Made by a program: the position numbers and the translations under genes. The notes under the pieces were generated by a model that searched no databases, was not told where the DNA came from, and was given only the letters and a program-made list of their open reading frames with translations. From positions 319,300,001-319,364,000 of the forward strand of contig OZ024740.1 in NCBI GenBank assembly GCA_964016885.1: DNA of 64,000 bases. Direction: 5' to 3'. How positions within the stretch are numbered: position 1 is the first letter of the stretch; each line of letters starts with the position of its first letter. This document shows, in pieces, positions 29,201 through 46,000 of this stretch. The DNA comes from Eledone cirrhosa (taxonomy: Eukaryota).

Positions 29201-32200
29201 TATTTCTACTACAATACTCACAACAAATAATCCAGCATAGTCTTGTCTATTTCCACAACACACATTCTAACTGACATTCTAACGACTCTACCAATTCGAA
29301 GTCTTTCTACTACAATACTCACAACAGATAATGCAGGATTGTCACGTCTATTTCCACAACTTACATTCTATCTGACATTCTAACGACTCTACCAATTCGA
29401 AGTCTTTGTACTACAATACTCACAACAAATAATCAAGGATTGTCTCGTCTATTTCCACAACTTACATTCTATCTAAAAGTCTAACGACTCTACCAAATCG
29501 AAGTCTTTCTACTACAATACTCACAACAAATAATCCAGGATTGTCTCGTCTATTTCCACAACTTACATACTATCTGACATTCTAACGACTCTACCAATTC
29601 GAAGTCTTTCTACTACAATACTAACTTTAAATAATCCTGGGTTGTCTCCTCTATTTCAACAACTTACATTCTATCTGACATTCTAACGACTCTACCAATT
29701 CGAGGTCTTTCTACTACAATACTCACAACAAATAATCCAGGATTGTCTCGTCTATTTCCACACCTTACATTCTATCTGACATTCTAACGACTCTACCAAT
29801 TCGCTGTATTTCTACTAAAATACTAACTTCAAATAATCCAGGATTGTCTCATCTATTTCCACAATTTACATTCTATCTGATATTCGAACGACTCTACCAA
29901 TTCGAAGTCTTTCTCCTACAATACTAACTTCAGATAATCCAGGATTGTCTCGTCTATTTCCACAACTTACATTCTATCTGACATTCTAACGACTCTACCA
30001 ATTCGAAGTCTTTCTACTACAATACTAACAACAAATAATCTAGGATTGTCTCGTCTATTTCCACAACTTACATTCTATCTGACATTCTAACGACTCTACC
30101 AATTCGAAGTCTTTCTACTACAATACTAACAACAAATAATCTAGGATTGTCTCGTCTATTTCCACAACTTACATTCTATCTGACATTCTAACGACTGTAC
30201 CAATTCGAAGCCTTTCTACTACAATACTCACAACAAATAATCTAGTATTGTCTCGTCTATTTCCACAACTTACATTCTATCTGACATTCTAACGACTCTA
30301 CCAATTCGAAGTCTTTCTACTACAATACTCACAACAAATAATCCAGGATTGTCTCGTCTATTTCCACACCTTACATTTTATCTGATATTCTAACGACTCT
30401 ACGCATAAGCTGTATTTCTACTACAATACTAACTTCAAATAATCCAGGATTGTCACGTCTATTTCCACAACTTACATACTATCTGATATTCTAACGACTC
30501 TACCAATTCGAAGTCTTTCTACTACAATACTAACAACAAATAATTTAGGATTGTCTCGTCTATTTCCACAACTTACATTCTATCTGACGTTCTAACGATT
30601 CTACCCATTCGCTGTATTTCTACTAAAATACTAACTTCAAATAATCCAGGATTGTCTCGTCTATTTCCACAACTTACATTCTATCTGACATTCTAACGAC
30701 TCGACCAATTCGAAGTCTTTCTACTACAATACTCACAACAAATAATCAAGGATTGTAACGTCTATTTCCACAACTTACATTCTATCTGACATTCTAACGA
30801 CTCTACCAATTCGAAGTCTTTCTACTACAATACTCACAACAAATGATCCAGGATTGTCTCGTCTATTTCCACACCTTACATTCTATCTGACATTCTAACG
30901 ACTCTACCAATTCGTAGTCTTTCTACTACAATACTCACAACAAATTATCCAGGATTGTCTCCTCTATTTCCACAACTTACATTCTATCTGACATGCTAAC
31001 GACTCTACCAATTCGCTGTATTTCTACTACAATACTCACAACAAATAATCCAGCATAGTCTTGTCTATTTCCACAACACACATTCTAACTGACATTCTAA
31101 CGACTCTACCAATTCGAAGTCTTTCTACTACAATACTCACAACAAATCATCCAGGATTGTCTCCTCTATTTCCACAACATACATTCTATCTGACATTCAA
31201 TCGACTCTATCAATTCGAAGTCTTTCTACTACAATACTAATAACAAATAATCCAGGATTGTCTCGTCTATTTCCACAAGTTACAATCTATCTGACATTCT
31301 AACGACTCTACCAATTCGAAGTCTTTCTACTACAATACTCACAACAAATAATCCAGGATTGTCTCGTCTATTTCCACAACTTACATACTATCTGACATTC
31401 TAACGACTCTATCAATTCGAAGTCTTTCTACTACAATACTAACTTTAAATAATCCAGGATTGTCTCCTCTATTTCAACAACTTACATTCTATCTGACATT
31501 CTAACGACTCTACCAATTCGAAGTATTTCTACTACAATACTAACAACAAATAATGCAGGATTGTCTCGTCTATTTCCACAACTTACATTCTATCTGACAT
31601 TCTAACGACTCTTCCAATTCGAAGTCTTTCTACTACAATACTCACAACAAATAATCAAGGATTGTCTCGTCTATTTCCACAACGTACATTCTATCTGACA
31701 TTCTAACGACTCTACCTATTCGAAGTTTTTCTACTACAATACTCACAACAAATAATCAAGGATTGTATCGTCTATTTCCACAACTTACATTCTATCTGAC
31801 ATTCTAACGACTCTACCAATTTGAAGTCTTACTACTACAATACTCACAACAAATAATCCAGAATTGTCTCGTCTATTTCCACAACTTACATTCTATCTGA
31901 CATTCAAACGACTCTATCAATTCGAAGTCTTTCTCCTACAATACTAACTTCAGATAATCCAGGATTGTCTCGTCTATTTCCACAACTTACATTCTATCTG
32001 ACATTCTAACGACTCTACCAATTCGAAGTCTTTCTACTACAATACTAACAACAAATAATCTAGAATTGTCTCGTCTATTTCCACAACTTTCATTCTATCT
32101 GACATTCTAACGACTCTACCAATTCGAAGTCTTTCTACTACAATACTCACAACAAATAATCAAGGATTGTATCGTCTATTTCCACAACTTACGTTCTATC

Positions 32201-35200
32201 TGACATTCTAACGACTCTACCAATTCGAAGTCTTTCTACTACAATACTAACTTCAAATAATCCAGGATTGTCTCGTCTATTTCCACAACTTACATTCTAT
32301 CTGACATTCTAACAACTCTACCCATAAGCTGTATTTCTACTAATATACTAACTTCAAATAATCCAGGATTGTCACGTCTATTTCCACAACTTACATTCTA
32401 TCTGATATTCTAACGACTCTACCAATTCGAAGTCTTTCTACTACAATCCTAACAACAAATAATTTAGGATTGTCTCGTCTATTTCCACAACGTACATTCT
32501 ATCTGACGTTCTAACGATTCTACACATTCGCTGTATTTCTACTAAAATACTAACTTCAAATAATCCAGGATTGTCTCGTCTATTTCCACAAATTACATTC
32601 TATCTGACATTCTAACGACTCGACCAATTCGAAGTCTTTCTACTACAATACTCACAACAAATAATCAAGTATTGTAACGTCTATTTCCACAACTTACATT
32701 CTATCTGACATTCTAACAACTCTACCAATTCGAAGTCTTTCTACTACAATACTCACAACAGATAATCCAGGATTCTCTCGTCTATTTCCACACCTTACAT
32801 TCTATCTGACATTCTAACGACTCTACCAATTCGAAGTCTTTATACTACAATACTCACAACAAATAATCCAGGATTCTCTCGTCTATTTCCACAATTTACA
32901 TTCTATCTGACATTCTAACGATTCTACCAATTCGAAGTCTTTCTACTACAATACTAACTTTCATTAATCCAGGATTGTCTCCTCTATTTCCACAATTTAC
33001 ATTGTATCTGACATGCTAACGACTCTACCAATTCGCTGTATTTCTACTACAATACTCACAACAAATAATCCAGCATAGTCTTGTCTATTTCCACAACACA
33101 CATTCTAACTGACATTCTAACGACTCTACCAATTCGAAGTCTTTCTACTACAATACTCACAACAGATAATGCAGGATTGTCACGTCTATTTCCACAACTT
33201 ACATTCTATCTGACATTCTAACGACTCTACCAATTCGAAGTCTTTGTACTACAATACTCACAACAAATAATCAAGGATTGTCTCGTCTATTTCCACAACT
33301 TACATTCTATCTAAAAGTCTAACGACTCTACCAAATCGAAGTCTTTCTACTACAATACTCACAACAAATAATCCAGGATTGTCTCGTCTATTTCCACAAC
33401 TTACATACTATCTGACATTCTAACGACTCTACCAATTCGAAGTCTTTCTACTACAATACTAACTTTAAATAATCCTGGATTGTCTCCTCTATTTCAACAA
33501 CTTACATTCTATCTGACATTCTAACGACTCTACCAATTCGAAGTCTTTCTACTACAATACTCACAACAAATAATCAAGGATTGTATCGTCTATTTCCACA
33601 ACTTACATTCTATCTGACATTCTAACGACTCTACCAATTCGCTGTATTTCTACTAAAATACTAACTTCAAATAATCCAGGATTGTCTCATCTATTTCCAC
33701 AATTTACATTCTATCTGATATTCGAACGACTCTACCAATTCGAAGTCTTTCTCCTACAATACTAACTTCAGATAATCCAGGATTGTCTCGTCTATTTCCA
33801 CAACTTACATTCTATCTGACATTCTAACGACTCTACCAATTCGAAGTCTTTCTACTACAATACTAACAACAAATAATCTAGGATTGTCTCGTCTATTTCC
33901 ACCACTTACATTCTATCTGACATTCTAACGACTGTACCAATTCGAAGCCTTTCTACTACAATACTCACAACAAATAATCTAGTATTGTCTCGTCTATTTC
34001 CACAACTTACATTCTATCTGACATTCTAACGACTCTACCAATTCGAAGTCTTTCTACTACAATACTCACAACAAATAATCCAGGATTGTCTCGTCTATTT
34101 CCACACCTTACATTTTATCTGATATTCTAACGACTCTACGCATAAGCTGTATTTCTACTACAATACTAACTTCAAATAATCCAGGATTGTCACGTCTATT
34201 TCCACAACTTACATACTATCTGATATTCTAACGACTCTACCAATTCGAAGTCTTTCTACTACAATACTAACAACAAATAATTTAGGATTGTCTCGTCTAT
34301 TTCCACAACTTACATTCTATCTGACGTTCTAACGATTCTACCCATTCGCTGTATTTCTACTAAAATACTAACTTCAAATAATCCAGGATTGTCTCGTCTA
34401 TTTCCACAACTTACATTCTATCTGACATTCTAACGACTCGACCAATTCGAAGTCTTTCTACTACAATACTCACAACAAATAATCAAGGATTGTAACGTCT
34501 ATTTCCACAACTTACATTCTATCTGACATTCTAACGACTCTACCAATTCGAAGTCTTTCTACTACAATACTCACAACAAATGATCCAGGATTGTCTCGTC
34601 TATTTCCACACCTTACATTCTATCTGACATTCTAACGACTCTACCAATTCGTAGTCTTTCTACTACAATACTCACAACAAATTATCCAGGATTGTCTCCT
34701 CTATTTCCACAACTTACATTCTATCTGACATGCTAACGACTCTACCAATTCGCTGTATTTCTACTACAATACTCACAACAAATAATCCAGCATAGTCTTG
34801 TCTATTTCCACAACACACATTCTAACTGACATTCTAACGACTCTACCAATTCGAAGTCTTTCTACTACAATACTCACAACAAATCATCCAGGATTGTCTC
34901 CTCTATTTCCACAACATACATTCTATCTGACATTCAATCGACTCTATCAATTCGAAGTCTTTCTACTACAATACTAATAACAAATAATCCAGGATTGTCT
35001 CGTCTATTTCCACAAGTTACAATCTATCTGACATTCTAACGACTCTACCAATTCGAAGTCTTTCTACTACAATACTCACAACAAATAATCCAGGATTGTC
35101 TCGTCTATTTCCACAACTTACATACTATCTGACATTCTAACGACTCTATCAATTCGAAGTCTTTCTACTACAATACTAACTTTAAATAATCCAGGATTGT

Positions 35201-36890
35201 CTCCTCTATTTCAACAACTTACATTCTATCTGACATTCTAACGACTCTACCAATTCGAAGTATTTCTACTACAATACTAACAACAAATAATGCAGGATTG
35301 TCTCGTCTATTTCCACAACTTACATTCTATCTGACATTCTAACGACTCTTCCAATTCGAAGTCTTTCTACTACAATACTCACAACAAATAATCAAGGATT
35401 GTCTCGTCTATTTCCACAACGTACATTCTATCTGACATTCTAACGACTCTACCTATTCGAAGTTTTTCTACTACAATACTAACAACAAATAATCAAGGAT
35501 TGTATCGTCTATTTCCACAACTTACATTCTATCTGACATTCTAACGACTCTACCAATTTGAAGTCTTACTACTACAATACTCACAACAAATAATCCAGAA
35601 TTGTCTCGTCTATTTCCACAACTTACATTCTATCTGACATTCAAACGACTCTATCAATTCGAAGTCTTTCTCCTACAATACTAACTTCAGATAATCCAGG
35701 ATTCTCTCGTCTATTTCCACAACTTACATTCTATCTGACATTCTAACGACTCTACCAATTCGAAGTCTTTCTACTACAATACTAACAACAAATAATCTAG
35801 AATTGTCTCGTCTATTTCCACAACTTTCATTCTATCTGACATTCTAACGACTCTACCAATTCGAAGTCTTTCTACTACAATACTCACAACAAATAATCAA
35901 GGATTGTATCGTCTATTTCCACAACTTACATTCTATCTGACATTCTAACGACTCTACCAATTCGAAGTCTTTCTACTACAATACTAACTTCAAATAATCC
36001 AGGATTGTCTCGTCTATTTCCACAACTTACATTCTATCTGACATTCTAACAACTCTACCCATAAGCTGTATTTCTACTAATATACTAACTTCAAATAATC
36101 CAGGATTGTCAAGTCTATTTCCACAACTTACATTCTATCTGATATTCTAACGACTCTACCAATTCGAAGTCTTTCTACTACAATACTAACAACAAATAAT
36201 TTAGGATCGTCTCGTCTATTTCCACAACTTACATTCTATCTGACGTTCTAACGATTCTACCCATTCGCTGTATTTCTACTAAAATACTAACTTCAAATAA
36301 TCCAGGATTGTCTCGTCTATTTCCACAACTTACATTCTATCTGACATTCTAACGACTCGACCAATTCGAAGTCTTTCTACTACAATACTCACAACAAATA
36401 ATCAAGTATTGTAACGTCTATTTCCACAACTTACATTCTATCTGACATTCTAACAACTCTACCAATTCGAAGTCTTTCTACTACAATACTCACAACAAAT
36501 AATCCAGGATTCTCTCGTCTATTTCCACACCTTACATTCTATCTGACATTCTAACGACTCTACCAATTCGAAGTCTTTATACTACAATACTCACAACAAA
36601 TAATCCAGGATTCTCTCGTCTATTTCCACAATTTACATTCTATCTGACATTCTAACGATTCTACCAATTCGAAGTCTTTCTACTACAATACTAACTTTCA
36701 TTAATCCAGGATTGTCTCCTCTATTTCCACAATTTACATTCTATCTGACATGCTAACGACTCTACCAATTCGCTGTATTTCTACTACAATACTCACAACA
36801 AATAATCCAGCATAGTCTTGTCTATTTCCACAACACACATTCTAACTGACATTCTAACGACTCTACCAATTCGAAGTCTTTCTACTACAA
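26280..36890. repeat. Higher-order repeat of 38/37 monomers (3838 and 3737 bp), about 2.8 copies
   Basis: AATCTAGTATT at 26401/30239/33976; the G of AAATGATCC at 27007/30845/34582; CCAGCATAG at 27212/31050/34787 and 29232/33070/36807. Confidence 0.93.
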
Positions 36891-39800
36891 TACTCACAAC
36901 AAATCATCCAGGATTGTCTCCTCTATTTCCACAACATACATTCTATCTGACATTCAATCGACTCTATCAATTCGAAGTCTTTCTACTACAATACTAACAA
37001 CAAATAATCCAGGATTGTCTCGTCTGTTTCCACAAGTTACATTCTATCTGACATTCTAACGACTCTACCAATTCGAAGTCTTTCTACTACAATACTCACA
37101 ACAAATAATCCAGGATTGTCTCGTCTATGTCCACAACTTACATACTATCTGACATTCTAACGACTCTACCAATTCGAAGTCTTTCTACTACAATACTAAC
37201 TTTAAATAATCCAGGATTGTCTCCTCTATTTCAACAACTTACGTTCTATCTGACATTCTAACGACTCTACTAATTCGAGGTCTTTCTACTACAATACTCA
37301 CAACAAATAATCCAGGATTGTCTCGTCTATTTCCACAACTTACACTCTATCTGACATTCAAACGACTCTATCAATTCGAAGTCTTTCTCCTTCAATACTA
37401 ACTTCAAATAATCCAGGATTGTCTCGTCTATTTCCACAACTTACATTCTATCTGACATTCTAACGACTCTACCAATTCGAAGTCTTTCTACTACAATACT
37501 AACAACAAATAATTTAGAATCGTCTCGTCTATTTCCACAACTTACATTCTATTTGACATTCTAACGACTCTACCTATTCGAAGTTTTTCTACTACAATAC
37601 TCACAACAAATCATCCAGGATTGTCTCCTCTATTTCCACAACATACATTCTATCTGACATTCAATCGACTCTATCAATTCGAAGTCTTTCTACTACAATA
37701 CTAATTACAAATAATCCAGGATTGTCTCGTCTATTTCCACACCTTACATTCTATCTGACATTCTAACGACTCTACCAATTTGAAGTCTTTCTACTACAAT
37801 ACTCACAACAAATAATCCAGAATTGTCTCGTCTATTTCCACAACTTACACTCTATCTGACATTCAAACGACTCTATCAATTCGAAGTCTTTCTCCTTCAA
37901 TACTAACTTCAAATAATCCAGGATTGTCTCGTCTATTTCCACAACTTACATTCTATCTGACATTCTAACGACTCTACCAATTCGAAGTCTTTCTACTACA
38001 ATACTAATAACAAATAATCCAGGATTGTCTCGTCTATTTCCACAAGTTACATTCTATCTGACATTCTAACGACTCTACCAATTCGAAGTTTTTCTACTAC
38101 AATACTCACAACAAATCATCCAGGATTGTCTCCTCTATTTCCACAACATACATTCTATCTGACATTCAATCGACTCTATCAATTCGAAGTCTTTCTACTA
38201 CAATACTAATTACAAATAATCCAGGATTGTCTCGTCTATTTCCACAAGTTACATTCTATCTGACATTCTAACGACTCTACCAATTCGAAGTCTTTCTACT
38301 ACAATACTCACAACAAATAATCCAGGATTGTCTCGTCTATTTCCACAACTTACATACTATCTGACATTCTAACGACTCTATCAATTCGAAGTCTTTCTAC
38401 TACAATACTAACTTTAAATAATCCAGGATTGTCTCCTCTATTTCAACAACTTACATTCTATCTGACATTCTAACGACTCTACCAATTCGAGGTCTTTCTA
38501 CTACAATACTCACAACAAATAATCCAGGATTGTCTCGTCTATATCCACACCTTACATTCTATCTGACATTCTAACGACTCTACCAATTCGCTGTATTTCT
38601 ACTAAAATACTAACTTCAAATAATCCAGGATTGTCTCATCTATTTCCACAATTTACATTCTATCTGATATTCGAACGACTCTACCAATTCGAAGTCTTTA
38701 TGCTACAATACTCACAACAAATAATCCAGGATTCTCTCGTCTATTTCCACAATTTACATTCTATCTGACATTCTAACGATTCTACCAATTCGAAGTCTTT
38801 CTACTACAATACTAACTTTCATTAATCCAGGATTGTCTCCTCTATTTCCACAATTTACATTCTATCTGACATTCTAACGACTCTACCAATTCGCTGTATT
38901 TCTACTAAAATACTAACTTCAAATAATCCAGGATTGTCTCATCTATTTCCACAATTTACATTCTATCTGATATTCGAACGACTCTACCAATTCGAAGTCT
39001 TTATGCTACAATACTCACAACAAATAATCCAGGATTCTCTCGTCTATTTCCACAATTTACATTCTATCTGACATTCTAACGATTCTACCAATTCGAAGTC
39101 TTTCTACTACAATACTAACTTTCATTAATCCAGGATTGTCTCCTCTATTTCCACAATTTACATTCTATCTGACATGCTAACGACTCTACCAATTCGCTGT
39201 ATTTCTACTACAATACTCACAACAAATAATCCAGCATAGTCTTGTCTATTTCCACAACACACATTCTAACTGACATTCTAACGACTCTACCAATTCGAAG
39301 TCTTTCTACTACAATACTCACAACAAATCATCCAGGATTGTCTCCTCTATTTCCACAACATACATTCTATCTGACATTCAATCGACTCTATCAATTCGAA
39401 GTCTTTCTACTACAATACTAACAACAAATAATCCAGGATTGTCTCGTCTGTTTCCACAAGTTACATTCTATCTGACATTCTAACGACTCTACCAATTCGA
39501 AGTCTTTCTACTACAATACTCACAACAAATAATCCAGGATTGTCTCGTCTATGTCCACAACTTACATACTATCTGACATTCTAACGACTCTACCAATTCG
39601 AAGTCTTTCTACTACAATACTAACTTTAAATAATCCAGGATTGTCTCCTCTATTTCAACAACTTACGTTCTATCTGACATTCTAACGACTCTACTAATTC
39701 GAGGTCTTTCTACTACAATACTCACAACAAATAATCCAGGATTGTCTCGTCTATTTCCACACCTTACATTCTATCTGACATTCTAACGACTCTACCAATT

Positions 39801-40080
39801 TGAAGTCTTTCTACTACAATACTCACAACAAATAATCCAGAATTGTCTCGTCTATTTCCACAACTTACACTCTATCTGACATTCAAACGACTCTATCAAT
39901 TCGAAGTCTTTCTCCTTCAATACTAACTTCAAATAATCCAGGATTGTCTCGTCTATTTCCACAACTTACATTCTATCTGACATTCTAACGACTCTACCAA
40001 TTCGAAGTCTTTCTACTACAATACTAACAACAAATAATTTAGAATCGTCTCGTCTATTTCCACTACTTACATTCTATTTG
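36560..40080. repeat. Block repeated at a 24-monomer (2424 bp) offset, with nested 5-mer (~37320-38240) and 3-mer (~38560-39170) duplications
   Basis: TCGTCTATGTCC 37121/39545 and CGTCTGTTTCC 37021/39445 (2424); CTAATTACAA 37701/38206 (505); TG of TTTATGCTAC 38701/39004 (303). Confidence 0.85.
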
Positions 40081-43000
40081 ACATTCTAACGACTCTATCA
40101 ATTCGAAGTCTTTCTACTACAATACTCACAACAAATCATCCAGGATTGTCTCCTCTATTTCCACAACATACATTCTATCTGACATTCAATCGACTCTATC
40201 AATTCGAAGTCTTTCTACTACAATACTAATAACAAATAATCCAGGATTGTCTCGTCTATTTCCACAAGTTACATTCTATCTGACATTCTAACGACTCTAC
40301 CAAGTCGAAGTCTTTCTACTACAATACTCACAACAAATAATCCAGGATTGTCTCGTCTATTTCCACAACTTACATACTATCTGACATTCTAACGACTCTA
40401 TCAATTCGAAGTCTTTCTACTACAATACTAACTTTAAATAATCCAGGATTGTCTCCTCTATTTCAACAACTTACATTCTATCTGACATTCTAACGACTCT
40501 ACCAATTCGAGGTCTTTCTACTACAATACTCACAACAAATAATCCAGGATTGTCTCGTCTATATCCACACCTTACATTCTATCTGACATTCTAACGACTC
40601 TACCAATTTGCTGTATTTCTACTAAAATACTAACTTCAAATAATCCAGGATTGTCTCATCTATTTCCACAATTTACATTCTATCTGATATTCGAACGACT
40701 CTACCAATTCGAAGTATTTCTACTACAATACTAACAACAAATAATGCAGGATTGTCTCGTCTATTTCCACAACTTACATTCTATCTGACATTCTAACGAC
40801 TCTTCCAATTCGAAGTATTTCTACTACAATACTCACAACAAAAAATCAAGGATTGTCTCGTCTATTTCCACAACGTACATTCTATCTGACATTCTAACGA
40901 CTCTACCTATTCGAAATTTTTCTACTACAATACTCACAACAAATAATCAAGGATTGTTTCGTCTATTTCCACAACTTACATTCTATCTGACATTCTAACG
41001 ACTCTACCAATTTGAAGTCTTACTACTACAATACTCACAACAAATAATCCAGAATTGTCTCGTCTATTTCCACAACTTACATTCTATCTGACATTCAAAC
41101 GACTCTATCAATTCGAAGTCTTTCTCCTACAATACTAACTTCAGATAATCCAGGATTGTCTCGTCTATTTCCACAACTTACATTCTATCTGACATTCTAA
41201 CGACTCTACCAATTCGAAGTCTTTCTACTACAATACTAACAACAAATAATCTAGGATTGTCTCGTCTATTTCCACAACTTTCATTCTATCTGACATTCTA
41301 ACGACTCTACCAATTCGAAGTCTTTCTACTACAATACTCACAACAAATAATCAAGGATTGTATCGTCTATTTCCACAACTTACATTCTATCTGACATTCT
41401 AACGACTCTACCAATTCGAAGTCTTTCTACTACAATACTAACTTCAAATAATCCAGGATTGTCTCGTCTATTTCCACAACTTACATTCTATCTGACATTC
41501 TAACGACTCTACCAATTCGAAGTCTTTCTACTACAATACTCACAACAAATAATCCAGGATTGTCTCGTCTATTTCCACACCTTACATTCTATCTGACATT
41601 CTAACGACTCTACCAATTTGAAGTCTTTCTACTACAATACTCACAACAAATAATCCAGAATTGTCTCGTCTATTTCCACAACTTACACTCTATCTGACAT
41701 TCAAACGACTCTATCAATTCGAAGTCTTTCTCCTACAATACTAACTTCAAATAATCCAGGATTGTTTCGTCTATTTCCACAACTTAATTTCTATCTGACA
41801 TTCTAACGACTCTACCAATTCGAAGTCTTTCTACTACAATACTAACAACAAATAATCTAGAATCGTCTCGTCTATTTCCACAACTTACATTCTATTTGAC
41901 ATTCTAACGACTCTACCTATTCGAAGTTTTTCTACTACAATACTCACAACAAATAATTTAGAATCGTCTCGTCTATTTCCACAACTTACATTCTATTTGA
42001 CATTCTAACGACTCTACCTATTCGAAGTTTTTCTACTACAATACTCACAACAAATCATCCAGGATTGTCTCCTCTATTTCCACAACATACATTCTATCTG
42101 ACATTCAATCGACTCTATCAATTCGAAGTCTTTCTACTACAATACTAATAACAAATAATCCAGGATTGTCTCGTCTATTTCCACAAGTTACATTCTATCT
42201 GACATTCTAACGACTCTACCAATTCGAAGTCTTTCTACTACAATACTCACAACAAATAATCCAGGATTGTCTCGTCTATTTCCACAACTTACATACTATC
42301 TGACATTCTAACGACTCTATCAATTCGAAGTCTTTCTACTACAATACTAACTTTAAATAATCCAGGATTGTCTCCTCTATTTCAACAACTTACATTCTAT
42401 CTGACATTCTAACGACTCTACCAATTCGAGGTCTTTCTACTACAATACTCACAACAAATAATCCAGGATTGTCTCGTCTATATCCACACCTTACATTCTA
42501 TCTGACATTCTAACGACTCTACCAATTCGCTGTATTTCTACTAAAATACTAACTTCAAATAATCCAGGATTGTCTCATCTATTTCCACAATTTACATTCT
42601 ATCTGATATTCGAACGACTCTACCAATTCGAAGTATTTCTACTACAATACTAACAACAAATAATGCAGGATTGTCTCGTCTATTTCCACAACTTACATTC
42701 TATCTGACATTCTAACGACTCTTCCAATTCGAAGTCTTTCTACTACAATACTCACAACAAAAAATCAAGGATTGTCTCGTCTATTTCCACAACGTACATT
42801 CTATCTGACATTCTAACGACTCTACCAATTCGAAATTTTTCTACTACAATACTCACAACAAATAATCAAGGATTGTATCGTCTATTTCCACAACTTACAT
42901 TCTATCTGACATTCTAACGACTCTACCAATTTGAAGTCTTACTACTACAATACTCACAACAAATAATCCAGAATTGTCTCGTCTATTTCCACAACTTACA

Positions 43001-46000
43001 TTCTATCTGACATTCAAACGACTCTATCAATTCGAAGTCTTTCTCCTACAATACTAACTTCAGATAATCCAGGATTGTCTCGTCTATTTCCACAACTTAC
43101 ATTCTATCTGACATTCTAACGACTCTACCAATTCGAAGTCTTTCTACTACAATACTAACAACAAATAATCTAGGATTGTCTCGTCTATTTCCACAACTTT
43201 CATTCTATCTGACATTCTAACGACTCTACCAATTCGAAGTCTTTCTACTACAATACTCACAACAAATAATCAAGGATTGTATCGTCTATTTCCACAACTT
43301 ACATTCTATCTGACATTCTAACGACTCTACCAATTCGAAGTCTTTCTACTACAATACTAACTTCAAATAATCCAGGATTGTCTCGTCTATTTCCACAACT
43401 TACATTCTATCTGACATTCTAACGACTCTACCAATTCGAAGTCTTTCTACTACAATACTCACAACAAATAATCCAGGATTGTCTCGTCTATTTCCACACC
43501 TTACATTCTATCTGACATTCTAACGACTCTACCAGTTTGAAGTCTTTCTACTACAATACTCACAACAAATAATCCAGAATTGTCTCGTCTATTTCCACAA
43601 CTTACACTCTATCTGACATTCAAACGACTCTATCAATTCGAAGTCTTTCTCCTACAATACTAACTTCAAATAATCCAGGATTGTTTCGTCTATTTCCACA
43701 ACTTACATTCTATCTGACATTCTAACGACTCTACCAATTCGAAGTCTTTCTACTACAATACTAACAACAAATAATCTAGAATCGTCTCGTCTATTTCCAC
43801 AACTTACATTCTATTTGACATTCTAACGACTCTACCTATTCGAAGTTTTTCTACTACAATACTCACAACAAATAATCAAGGATTGTATCGTCTATTTCCA
43901 CAACTTACATTCTATCTGACATTCTAACGACTCTACCAATTTGAAGTCTTACTACTACAATACTCACAACAAATAATCCAGAATTGTCTCGTCTATTTCC
44001 ACAACTTACATTCTATCTGACATTCAAACGACTCTATCATTTCGAAGTCTTTCTCCTACAATACTAACTTCAAATAATCCAGGATTGTCTCGTCTATTTC
44101 CACAACTTACATTCTATCTGACATTCTAACGACTCTACCAATTCGAAGTCTTTCTACTACAATACTAACAACAAATAATCTAGGATCGTCTCGTCTAGTT
44201 CCACAACTTACATTCTATCTGACATTCAAACGACTCTACCAATTCGAAGTCTTTCTACTACAATACTCACATCAAATAATCAAGGATTGTATCGTCTATT
44301 TCCACAACTTACATTCTATCTGACATTCTAACGACTCTACCAATTCGAAGTCTTTCTACTACAATACTAACTTCAAATAATCCAGGATTGTCTCGTCTAT
44401 TTCCACAAGTTACATTCTATCTGACATTCTAACGACTCTACCAATTCGAAGTCTTTCTACTACAATACTCACAACAAATAATCCAGGATTGTCTCGTCTA
44501 TTTCCACAACTTACATACTATCTGACATTCTAACGACTCTATCAATTCGAAGTCTTTCTACTACAATACTAACTTTAAATAATCCAGGATTGTCTCCTCT
44601 ATTTCAACAACTTACATTCTATCTGACATTCTAACGACTCTACCAATTCGAGGTCTTTCTACTACAATACTCACAACAAATAATCCAGGATTGTCTCGTC
44701 TATATCCACACCTTACATTCTATCTGACATTCTAACGACTCTACCAATTCGCTGTATTTCTACTAAAATACTAACTTCAAATAATCCAGGATTGTCTCAT
44801 CTATTTCCACAATTTACATTCTATCTGATATTCGAACCACTCTACCAATTCGAAGTATTTCTACTACAATACTAACAACAAATAATGCAGGATTGTCTCG
44901 TCTATTTCCACAACTTACATTCTATCTGACATTCTAACGACTCTTCCAATTCGAAGTCTTTCTACTACAATACTCACAACAAAAAATCAAGGATTGTCTC
45001 GTCTATTTCCACAACGTACATTCTATCTGACATTCTAACGACTCTACCTATTCGAAATTTTTCTACTACAATACTCACAACAAATAATCAAGGATTGTAT
45101 CGTCTATTTCCACAACTTACATTCTATCTGACATTCTAACGACTCTACCAATTTGAAGTCTTACTACTACAATACTCACAACAAATAATCCAGAATTGTC
45201 TCGTCTATTTCCACAACTTACATTCTATCTGACATTCAAACGACTCTATCAATTCGAAGTCTTTCTCCTACAATACTAACTTCAGATAATCCAGGATTGT
45301 CTCGTCTATTTCCACAACTTACATTCTATCTGACATTCTAACGACTCTACCAATTCGAAGTCTTTCTACTACAATACTAACAACAAATAATCTAGGATTG
45401 TCTCGTCTATTTCCACAACTTTCATTCTATCTGACATTCTAACGACTCTACCAATTCGAAGTCTTTCTACTACAATACTCACAACAAATAATCAAGGATT
45501 GTATCGTCTATTTCCACAACTTACATTCTATCTGACATTCTAACGACTCTACCAATTCGAAGTCTTTCTACTACAATACTAACTTCAGATAATCCAGGAT
45601 TGTCTCGTCTATTTCCACAACTTACATTCTATCTGACATTCTAACGACTCTACCAATTCGAAGTCTTTCTACTACAATACTCACAACAAATAATCCAGGA
45701 TTGTCTCGTCTATTTCCACACCTTACATTCTATCTGACATTCTAACGACTCTACCAATTTGAAGTCTTTCTACTACAATACTCACAACAAATAATCCAGA
45801 ATTGTCTCGTCTATTTCCACAACTTACACTCTATCTGACATTCAAACGACTCTATCAATTCGAAGTCTTTCTCCTACAATACTAACTTCTAATAATCCAG
45901 GATTGTTTCGTCTATTTCCACAACTTACATTCTATCTGACATTCTAACGACTCTACCAATTCGAAGTCTTTCTACTACAATACTAACAACAAATAATCTA

